Source of the DNA: an uncultured Anaerolineales bacterium
Lineage (GTDB): Bacteria; Chloroflexota; Anaerolineae; Anaerolineales; UBA11858
Assembly (NCBI GenBank): GCA_964406305.1
Contig: CAYORF010000005.1
Location: 729-64,728 of the forward strand
Direction of reading: 5' to 3'
DNA: 64,000 bases
Within the stretch, counting starts at the first letter, position 1, and each line of letters opens with the position of its first letter. A model generated the notes under the pieces. It saw only the letters and a program-made list of their open reading frames with translations. It did not search any database and was not told the DNA's origin. This document shows positions 35,891 through 43,333 of the stretch, one piece after another. The position numbers and the translations under genes are program-made.

Positions 35891-37183
35891 TCAGGAGCTG
35901 GCTGTTTCCAGGGAAGGCGGCTCTTCCATGTCCTGCATGGATTTAAAACGGCTGCCGGATTTTACCTGTAACCTGGCAAAAATCGCCGCAGAAACGAGCA
36001 TGAAGAAACCTGCGCCATACCAGACCCAGTTGGGATTGTAGTTGTCCATTACCAACCCGGCCAGCAGTGGGCCAATGGCGTTGGGTATAGTCCAGCTGAA
36101 TCCAAAAACCGCCATATACCTGCCCCGCATATCCTCCGGGGACAGCTTTGCGACAACAGCCTGCCCTGTGGGAGAGACTATCATCTCCGCGATGGTGATA
36201 ATGATCATAGCGAGGATAAAGAGCCAGTATTTTGACACATATCCATACATCGAAAAACCAAATGCATAGATGATCATACCCCAGGCCATGATCTTCATGG
36301 GGGCGAATTTTTTGATACGCCGGGTGATCCAAAACTGGAATAGTACCACTATGCCGGCGTTCATGCTCAACAGCAACCCGTATCCCGAATCAGGCAATCC
36401 GTGGACATCCCTTAAGAAAACAGGCAGAGTGATATTCATCTGCATATATGCTAGCACCATGAAGGTAGAGGCCAGGATATACACCATAAAAACCCCGTCC
36501 CGGGTTACCTTGAGATAACCTGCCAGGGTTTGAGCCAGACTTTGCTCTTGGTGTGGTTGGCCATCCGCGCTGGGTGCTTTTTCCGGTTTAGTTTCCGGCA
36601 CATAAATGAGAATGATCATCGCTGTGATGGAGCTCAGGATTACATCAATGATAAACAGAAGGGTATAGGAGCGGGCGGCTAAAAAACCACCGATTGCTGG
36701 GCCGATGGCCACCGCCAAATTGGCGATCACACGCACGATACCAAAACCATCAATTCGCTTGTCTTCTGGCAGCACGTCTGTAATCATAGCCTGGTGGGCG
36801 GGGCCGGCCATATTGCCAAACAGTCCGACGATCAATGCGGCCAGATAAATGAACTCCAGGGAGGGGGCAAAAGCTAATAACAAGGTGCTGACAGCGCTCA
36901 CCACTAGACCGAAAAGGATCATGACCTTGCGGCCAAACTTGTCAGTCAGAGCGCCACCCATCAAGTTGCCAACCAGTCCGGATATGGCCAGGATGGAAAA
37001 CATCACACCCACTTCGGTCATCCCAACCCCGTATTTTGAGGTGATATACAGGCCGAAGAAGGGGAAGATCAATGCTCCCCCGAGTTGATCAATGAACATA
37101 CCCAACATGATCAACCAGAATGTCCGCGGGTATTCTGGATAGATGGATCGAATTCTATTTAGCATAAGCCTCAATCTGATCAA
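35891..37183 (-). CDS. MFS transporter
   Basis: About 12 predicted TM helices and MFS loop motif GALTDKFGRKVMI between TM2 and TM3. Confidence 0.85.
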   Translation of the reverse strand: MIRLRLMLNRIRSIYPEYPRTFWLIMLGMFIDQLGGALIFPFFGLYITSKYGVGMTEVGVMFSILAISGLVGNLMGGALTDKFGRKVMILFGLVVSAVSTLLLAFAPSLEFIYLAALIVGLFGNMAGPAHQAMITDVLPEDKRIDGFGIVRVIANLAVAIGPAIGGFLAARSYTLLFIIDVILSSITAMIILIYVPETKPEKAPSADGQPHQEQSLAQTLAGYLKVTRDGVFMVYILASTFMVLAYMQMNITLPVFLRDVHGLPDSGYGLLLSMNAGIVVLFQFWITRRIKKFAPMKIMAWGMIIYAFGFSMYGYVSKYWLFILAMIIITIAEMIVSPTGQAVVAKLSPEDMRGRYMAVFGFSWTIPNAIGPLLAGLVMDNYNPNWVWYGAGFFMLVSAAIFARLQVKSGSRFKSMQDMEEPPSLETASS

Positions 37184-37358
37184 TTATTAGGATTAATTGG
37201 TTTGAATTGTAGCATAAAACTTAACTCTGTCAACACTTAGATTGATAATATTAATTATAATATTAATAAAATCAATACTAACATTAAAAATATTCATCTT
37301 GTCCCCCAATTTTCCGGATTTTTCTCTTCAAGGGGAGATAAATCCCCCAAATTCACCC

Positions 37359-37386
37359 TTGACAAAAGTTTAGATTAGTCTAAACT
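37359..37386 (+). promoter_or_regulatory. Sigma70-type promoter of the dtxR-feo operon
   Basis: TTGACA (37359-37364), 16-nt spacer, TAAACT (37381-37386). Confidence 0.5.
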
Positions 37387-37388
37387 AA
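37370..37388. promoter_or_regulatory. DtxR/IdeR-type operator (19-bp palindrome) overlapping the -10 region
   Basis: TTAGATTAG-T-CTAAACTAA: 8 of 9 arm positions are self-complementary, and 16/19 positions match the DtxR-box consensus TWAGGTWAGSCTWACCTWA as I recall it. Confidence 0.6.
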
Positions 37389-37416
37389 GATTTAGTATAC
37401 CTAAAATGGAGATGAA

Positions 37417-38112
37417 ATGGATAGGCGGCTGTCAGATACAGTAGAAGATTACTTGAAAGTCATATATGACTTATCCGCTGGCAATCAGCGGGTAGGGACA
37501 GGGCAGATTGCTGAAATGTTAAATGTCAGTCCAGCATCGGTGACAGATATGTTCCAGCGGTTAGCCGGTGAAGAGCCTCCTCTGCTGGATTATGTGAAAC
37601 GCCATGGAGTAGCTCTGACCGAAGAAGGGAAGAAAGCAGCCCTGGAAACCATTCGCCACCACCGATTATTGGAGCTATTTTTACACGAGATCCTGGGATT
37701 TTCCTGGGACGAGGTTCATGCCGAAGCAGAACGGATGGAACATGTGATATCAGAAGAATTTGAAGAACGGGTAGCAGCAGTTCTTGGAAATCCCGAACGG
37801 GGATTACATGGAAAACCAATTCCGTCTCGCAATCTGGAAATGCCGGATCTTGACACCTGTATTCTGCAAGATCTGCGTCCCGGCCAGACAGGCGAAGTCC
37901 ATAGTGTGAATGATGATGATCCAGGTTTGTTGCGTTATTTAGAGTCCCTGGGCCTTGTTCCGGGAGCTTCATTTGAAATTATTGATTATTCCCCATATGA
38001 TAATAACCTCCGTCTTAAAGTATCGGGAGATGATGAGGTAGTTGTTCTTGGAGCGAATGTTACAGCCCAGATCCAGGTTGAAATACTGGATCCAGTTGTG
38101 AGTAAGGAGTGA
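37417..38112 (+). CDS. DtxR-family metal-dependent transcriptional regulator with C-terminal FeoA/SH3-like domain
   Basis: VEDYLKVIYDL..., wHTH (TGQIAEMLNVSPASVTDMFQRL), dimerisation/metal domain (RHHRLLELFL..EAERMEHV..GNPERGLHGKPIP), and C-terminal LQDLRPGQTGEVHSV. Confidence 0.9.
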   Translation: MDRRLSDTVEDYLKVIYDLSAGNQRVGTGQIAEMLNVSPASVTDMFQRLAGEEPPLLDYVKRHGVALTEEGKKAALETIRHHRLLELFLHEILGFSWDEVHAEAERMEHVISEEFEERVAAVLGNPERGLHGKPIPSRNLEMPDLDTCILQDLRPGQTGEVHSVNDDDPGLLRYLESLGLVPGASFEIIDYSPYDNNLRLKVSGDDEVVVLGANVTAQIQVEILDPVVSKE

Positions 38113-39137
38113 TGATGATAGACCCCCTGTTTGCTTTATTGATCGGTATAGGTGTGATGGTAATTGCTGGATTAGTGTTCTGGCCCCAGTTTGGGTTGTT
38201 CTGGAAGCTGCAGAAAAGACAGGAATTAACCGAGAAGGTCCTGATAGAGGATACTTTAAAATATATCTTTAAATGTGAGCGAAATCAGAAGACTGCCACT
38301 GTAGAAAGTCTGGCAGGCGCGCTTTCCACCAGCCTGGCTCAGGCCTCAGAAATTCTGGCATTAACCCAGGCAAGAGGTTTATTGGAATTATGTGAAAACA
38401 GTTTTAGTTTAACGGACGTGGGTAAAAGAACAGCCACCCAGATTGTTCGAGCTCACCGCATGTGGGAACGCTATCTAGCCGACAGCACCGGGTTTGAAGA
38501 AAGTGATTGGCATCAGCAGGCAGAGCGATTGGAGCATAAACTTTCCGAGGAAGAGGTGAACCGCCTGGCTGCCAGTCTGGGCCATCCCACTCACGATCCG
38601 CACGGAGATCCAATTCCAACCCGGCGAGGAGAATGGGTATCTCATGGAGGTATCCCCTTATCTGATCTGGCGGTGGGAACTCTTTCCCGGATCGTGCATA
38701 TTGAAGATGAACCGGACGTGATCTACGCCCAGATCGTTGCTGAAGATCTGCACCCCCATATGGTGGTTGAGGTCGATGAGATCACAGCCAATAGGATCCG
38801 CTTCTGGACGGATGACCAGGAACATGTCCTGGCACCGATCGTGGCAGCCAATATCTCCGTCGTTCCCCTGGCAGAAGAAAACCATGACCATCAGATCGAA
38901 GGGGTTCCCCTGGATTCCCTGCAGCCCGGCCAGTCCGGTGTGGTCACTGGTATATCTTCTCTCAGTAGGGGTGTAGAGCGCAGACGGCTTTTCGATCTGG
39001 GAATTATTCCGGGCACAGAGATTGATGTTGAGATGGTCAGTCCAGGCGGAGATCCCACAGCCTACAGGATCAGGGGTTCGGTGATCGCTTTGAGAAGCAG
39101 TCAGGCCCGGCAGATCAGGGTAAAAACGGTAAATTGA
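38109..39137 (+). CDS. Membrane-anchored DtxR-like domain fused to two FeoA domains
   Basis: N-terminal TM (PLFALLIGIGVMVIAGLVFW). DtxR-like core (RAHRMWERYL..QAERLEHKL..GHPTHDPHGDPIP). Two FeoA-like modules (LSDLAVGTLSRIVHI..; LDSLQPGQSGVVTGI..). Start codon ambiguous (GTG 38109 / ATG 38112 / ATG 38115). Confidence 0.7.
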   Translation: MMMIDPLFALLIGIGVMVIAGLVFWPQFGLFWKLQKRQELTEKVLIEDTLKYIFKCERNQKTATVESLAGALSTSLAQASEILALTQARGLLELCENSFSLTDVGKRTATQIVRAHRMWERYLADSTGFEESDWHQQAERLEHKLSEEEVNRLAASLGHPTHDPHGDPIPTRRGEWVSHGGIPLSDLAVGTLSRIVHIEDEPDVIYAQIVAEDLHPHMVVEVDEITANRIRFWTDDQEHVLAPIVAANISVVPLAEENHDHQIEGVPLDSLQPGQSGVVTGISSLSRGVERRRLFDLGIIPGTEIDVEMVSPGGDPTAYRIRGSVIALRSSQARQIRVKTVN

Positions 39138-39186
39138 ACCAGAGATAACCATTATTGGTAGGAATTCAAAAAAAGGAAGAAATCCT

Positions 39187-40065
39187 ATGGGTCAGGAAAA
39201 AAACAAAAAACCACAAGAAGGATCCGGCCTGGCAGGCGTAAACGCAGATTGCGCCAGCTGTCCGGTCCATCATGCGGCGAACCTAAAGAAACTGGGTGTG
39301 GATATGGATAACTGGGATTTTGTGGTCGCTCTGGCCGGAAATCCCAATACCGGCAAAAGCACGGTATTTAACGCACTGACCGGATTAAGGCAGCATACCG
39401 GGAACTGGCCTGGAAAGACGGTAACCCGGGCCGAAGGTGGCTTTGAATATGCGGATAAACTTTATAAACTGGTTGACCTGCCCGGAACCTATTCCCTGTT
39501 GGCCACCAGCCTGGATGAAGAGATCGCCCGGGATTTTATCCTCTTCGGGCAGCCGGACGTCACCATAGTTGTGGTGGATGCCTCCCGGCTGGAAAGGAAT
39601 CTGAACCTGGTGCTCCAGGTGCTTGAGATCACCAACCGGGTTGTAATCTGCCTAAACTTGATGGATGAAGCGGACCGTCATCAAATGAAGGTAGATCCCC
39701 GCCGTCTGGCCCGAGACCTGGGTGTCCCAGTAGTGCCAACAGTTGCTCGCTATGACGAAGGTCTGGAAGATCTGCTGGCCGCAATTCATGAGGTTGCAGA
39801 TGGTGCAACGCTTGCCAAACCCTATCACGTAAAATACGACAACCCCAAATTGGACCGGGCAGTATCCCAACTGGTTGCTCAAATCGAGGAAGTATTTCCG
39901 GAGGTGCCTAATGCTCGTTGGGTCGCCTTGCGCTTACTTGATGGTGACGAAAGGATCATCCAGGCCGTTGAAGATGGCGAATTGGGAGACCTCACATATA
40001 CGCGGGATGATCTAGATGGTGCTAGCGCGAGTCATGTTTCTCATAAAAGTGGGTTTGCGCAGTGA
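39187..40065 (+). CDS. feoB: FeoB N-terminal GTPase + helical domain (split FeoB, part 1)
   Basis: G1 GNPNTGKST, G3 DLPG and G4 NLMD. Ends after the helical domain with its own stop codon. Confidence 0.88.
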   Translation: MGQEKNKKPQEGSGLAGVNADCASCPVHHAANLKKLGVDMDNWDFVVALAGNPNTGKSTVFNALTGLRQHTGNWPGKTVTRAEGGFEYADKLYKLVDLPGTYSLLATSLDEEIARDFILFGQPDVTIVVVDASRLERNLNLVLQVLEITNRVVICLNLMDEADRHQMKVDPRRLARDLGVPVVPTVARYDEGLEDLLAAIHEVADGATLAKPYHVKYDNPKLDRAVSQLVAQIEEVFPEVPNARWVALRLLDGDERIIQAVEDGELGDLTYTRDDLDGASASHVSHKSGFAQ

Positions 40066-40114
40066 TCGGCAGCCTTTTGATCAGAAAATAATTGATTACT
40101 AAGCAGGTGTATTT

Positions 40115-41539
40115 ATGAATCCAAACTACGAAAAAATCCTTAAATCAGCCCAGGATCTCCGTTGGGATATCGGGGTGGATTTCCATGAGAAGACCATGGA
40201 AGCGCTTTATACCGATGCCACCCGGATCGCGGATCGGGCTGTGACTTATCCAGAAGAAAAACCGCGTTTTGACCTGGACCGTACTATTGATAAACTGGTT
40301 ACCAGTAGAGTGTGGGGATTTCCCCTGATGATCTTGATGTTAACCTTTGTATTCTGGTTAACGATCACTGGAGCCAATTATCCATCTGGTGTGCTGTTTT
40401 CCTTACTAATCGATAAGGTCCATCCTCTATTGAAGGCTGGCGCTGCCAGCATTGGGATGCCCTGGTGGCTGGATGGCGTTCTGATTGACGGAGCATATCT
40501 GGCAACTGCCTGGGTAGTGAGCGTGATGCTGCCTCCTATGGCGATCTTCTTCCCGCTGTTCACTTTACTGGAAGACTTTGGTTACCTGCCCCGGGTAGCG
40601 TTTAACCTGGATCACATCTTTCGTAAAGCCGGCGCGCATGGCAAACAAGCCCTAAGCATGACCATGGGGTTTGGCTGCAACGCTGCCGGAGTGATCTCCA
40701 CCAGGATCATTGACAGTCCCCGGGAGCGGCTGATCGCTATCATCACCAATAACTTTTCACTCTGCAACGGGCGCTGGCCGACCCAGATCCTGATCGCTAC
40801 CATCTTTATCGGGACGATGGTCCCCGCTTACCTGGGGGGATTGATATCCGCTATCTCTGTGGTCGCAATTGCCTTGCTGGGAGTGCTCCTGACCTTTGTT
40901 GTATCCTGGGCTTTATCAAGAACGATTCTGAAGGGAGAAGTCTCGACTTTTACATTGGAACTCCCTCCCTACAGACCTCCCCGCATCCTGCAAACTTTCT
41001 ACACCTCGATGATTGACCGGACCATGGTCGTGTTATGGCGAGCTATCGTTTTTGCTCTCCCGGCCGGTATGATTTTGTGGATCTCGGCCAATCTGATGAT
41101 CAGCGGCGTGAGCCTGGCGGAACACTTGGTCAATTTCCTGAATCCCTTTGGGCTGTTGCTAGGATTGAACGGAGTGATCCTGGTGGCCTATATCGTGGCT
41201 ATACCGGCCAATGAGATCGTCATTCCCACCATTATGATGTTAACTGTATTGATAACAGGCGGGAACGGAATTGGAGCAGGTTCCGGTGTCATGTTTGAGC
41301 TCGAATCCGGTATGGCAACCTTGAACATACTTACCCAAGGAGGCTGGACATTGTTGACGGGTGTGAATTTAATGCTCTTCAGCCTGATTCACAATCCCTG
41401 CAGCACTACTATATACACCATCTACAAGGAAACCGGCAGCGCTAAATGGACCGCCATAGCATCTCTTATGCCGGTTGTAATGGGGTTTGTGATCACGTTC
41501 TTCACAGCCCAGATCTGGCGCTTGATTGCGGGGTGGTAG
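40115..41539 (+). CDS. feoB: FeoB membrane (gate/nucleoside-recognition) domain (split FeoB, part 2)
   Basis: [22 protein letters not shown].., the conserved GFGCNAAGV motif, and about 8 or more TM helices. Confidence 0.88.
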   Translation: MNPNYEKILKSAQDLRWDIGVDFHEKTMEALYTDATRIADRAVTYPEEKPRFDLDRTIDKLVTSRVWGFPLMILMLTFVFWLTITGANYPSGVLFSLLIDKVHPLLKAGAASIGMPWWLDGVLIDGAYLATAWVVSVMLPPMAIFFPLFTLLEDFGYLPRVAFNLDHIFRKAGAHGKQALSMTMGFGCNAAGVISTRIIDSPRERLIAIITNNFSLCNGRWPTQILIATIFIGTMVPAYLGGLISAISVVAIALLGVLLTFVVSWALSRTILKGEVSTFTLELPPYRPPRILQTFYTSMIDRTMVVLWRAIVFALPAGMILWISANLMISGVSLAEHLVNFLNPFGLLLGLNGVILVAYIVAIPANEIVIPTIMMLTVLITGGNGIGAGSGVMFELESGMATLNILTQGGWTLLTGVNLMLFSLIHNPCSTTIYTIYKETGSAKWTAIASLMPVVMGFVITFFTAQIWRLIAGW

Positions 41540-41552
41540 GGTGTTTCAGATT

Positions 41553-41686
41553 ATCATTCTGACACTGAATGAAGTGAAGGGGAAGAATCCATTAAGCCAT
41601 CGCGTATTGGAAGCATGGTTTGGAAAACACGGGATTATTTGGGTGTGATGGGAATATGGATCCTTTGCATGCGCTCAGGATGTCAT
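41553..41686. repeat. Diverged inverted pair of a ~30-38-nt intergenic element
   Basis: ATCATTCTGACACTGAATGAAGTGAAGGGGAAGAATCC (41553-41590) versus GGATCCTTTGCATGCGCTCAGGATGTCAT (41658-41686). The ends match in inverted orientation (TCATTCTGA/TCAGGATGT; GAATCC/GGATCC). Confidence 0.4.
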
Positions 41687-41713
41687 ACTAGTAAATATCC
41701 GTTTAAACAAAAA

Positions 41714-41737
41714 AGAAGCCAGGATTGGCTTCTTTTA
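41714..41737 (+). terminator. Rho-independent terminator (feoB side)
   Basis: AGAAGCC-AGGATT-GGCTTCT followed by TTT. Confidence 0.55.
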
Positions 41738-41745
41738 ACTAGATT

Positions 41746-41777
41746 AAAAAGGGCGACTATCAAAGTCGCCCCTTTTA
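41746..41777. terminator. Bidirectional terminator between feoB and ferredoxin gene
   Basis: A5 + GGGCGACT-ATCAA-AGTCGCCC + CTTTT. Confidence 0.65.
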
Positions 41778-41799
41778 TATTCCAATCAATAAAAAACGG

Positions 41800-42210
41800 T
41801 TAATCTAAAGCTTCGTACCCGGGACCGGCGGTGAAGAAATCTTCGTTGATCTGAATGGAGGGGGTCAGGTCTACAACTTCACCCTCATCCAGGACGCGGG
41901 TTGCCTTGAGTGTCCAGGTGACACCATCGACATCCTCAGACTCAAATTCCTCAGCATAACCTTCGGTACCAACCGGCATATTCATACGCTCATCGCCGTA
42001 GGCTTCGTAGGCGGAAGGAACTTCATCTTCCATATAAATGGCTTCATAGGGGCATTCGGGTGCACAGGCACCACAATCGATGCAGGTCTCTGGATCGATA
42101 TAATAGTTGGGATATTCTTCAACTGGTTTTCCGGGCACAATGCATTCTGTGGGGCATACTTCCACGCAGCTGCCATCGTGCAGACAGAAACTTGTGATTA
42201 CATGGGTCAT
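41800..42210 (-). CDS. 4Fe-4S dicluster ferredoxin with acidic C-terminal extension
   Basis: CLHDGSCVEVCP and CIDCGACAPECP cluster motifs. Confidence 0.85.
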   Translation of the reverse strand: MTHVITSFCLHDGSCVEVCPTECIVPGKPVEEYPNYYIDPETCIDCGACAPECPYEAIYMEDEVPSAYEAYGDERMNMPVGTEGYAEEFESEDVDGVTWTLKATRVLDEGEVVDLTPSIQINEDFFTAGPGYEALD

Positions 42211-42371
42211 AACTTTCCTCCGAGATGATAGGTTTTAATGAGTATATCTTAAAATCAATTGAGCTACTGTATAATAAACTCTCTAGTATGGAATTGTAGT
42301 CCCCGAATTTTTCTTTGTCAAGAAAATTGACCAGTTGTAAACTTTCTTTTTTGAAAGAGGTTACATTCTTC

Positions 42372-43307
42372 ATGAAAAAGGACGCTATACATCCTGCAGT
42401 ACCCTACCTGCTTGTCCCAGTTGGTATTGTTGCAGTATCCACAGCTTCTCTGCTGATCCGATACTCCCAAGAATATGTCCCTTCAATCACCATAGCAGCT
42501 TTTCGCCTGGGATTGGCTGCCTTGATCCTTCTTCCATATACTCTTATCAAACACAGCCGTGAGATCAGGAGTTTATCCTGGGATGATCTTAAGTTTGCAC
42601 TGCTGGCGGGTTTATTGCTGGCGGTTCATTTTGCCTTCTGGATCACATCCCTTGAATATACATCCGTGGCGAGTTCTGTTGTCCTGGTGACCACAACCCC
42701 GCTTTGGGTCGCGCTGCTGGCACCGTTTTTCCTGGGAGAAAAGACTCCCCGGATCGCCTTCGTTGGTATGGTTATCGCCTTGATGGGAGGTATTGTCATT
42801 GCCCTCAGTGATGTTTGTATTTGGCTGCCGGCAGGGATCAGCTGCCAGGGTAATATAGGAAATCTAGGATCAAAAACGCTCCTGGGAGATTTCCTGGCCC
42901 TTTTTGGCGCAATCGCCGCTGCGTCCTACTTGATGATCGGTAAACACCTGAGGAGCAGGATTTCGCTGACACCATATATCTTCCTGGTCTTCAGCGCCTC
43001 TGCGATCTTCCTTGTGGTAGCTATGCTGATCATGGAAGGAGTCCCCCCGATCTATCCAAAAAAGGTGTATCTCTGGCTGCTTTTATTGGCTTTGGTGCCG
43101 CAACTGTTGGGTCATTCCATTTTCAACTGGTCCTTAAAATATTTACCAACTGGCTATGTTGCTGTAAACCTGTTGGGCGAACCCGTTGGATCAACTATCT
43201 TGGCCTATTTCTTCCTGAATGAGACACCCACGGCGGTGAAAATAATTGGTGCTATACTTATTTTAGCCGGGATTGGGTTGACGACTTTCCGGCAAAAATT
43301 ACAATAA
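42372..43307 (+). CDS. EamA/DMT-family transporter
   Basis: Ten hydrophobic helices in two EamA-like halves. Start set at the ATG at 42372 (AAGAGG RBS); the ORF is open from 42315. Confidence 0.8.
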   Translation: MKKDAIHPAVPYLLVPVGIVAVSTASLLIRYSQEYVPSITIAAFRLGLAALILLPYTLIKHSREIRSLSWDDLKFALLAGLLLAVHFAFWITSLEYTSVASSVVLVTTTPLWVALLAPFFLGEKTPRIAFVGMVIALMGGIVIALSDVCIWLPAGISCQGNIGNLGSKTLLGDFLALFGAIAAASYLMIGKHLRSRISLTPYIFLVFSASAIFLVVAMLIMEGVPPIYPKKVYLWLLLLALVPQLLGHSIFNWSLKYLPTGYVAVNLLGEPVGSTILAYFFLNETPTAVKIIGAILILAGIGLTTFRQKLQ

Positions 43308-43333
43308 AATGAGGAGATTCCCTAGGAGTTTCT

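Noticed and set aside
37235-37300. Fur-box-like AT-rich near-palindromes (GATAATATTAATTATAATA) in the divergent promoter region.
   Set aside because: About 14/19 positions match a remembered Fur consensus, but the stretch is almost pure A/T, where such matches arise by chance. No Fur gene is nearby.
41615-41803. 62-aa plus-strand ORF in the feoB-ferredoxin spacer.
   Set aside because: It spans the inverted-repeat element and both terminator hairpins, has no RBS, and gives a low-complexity basic product, so it is most likely spurious.
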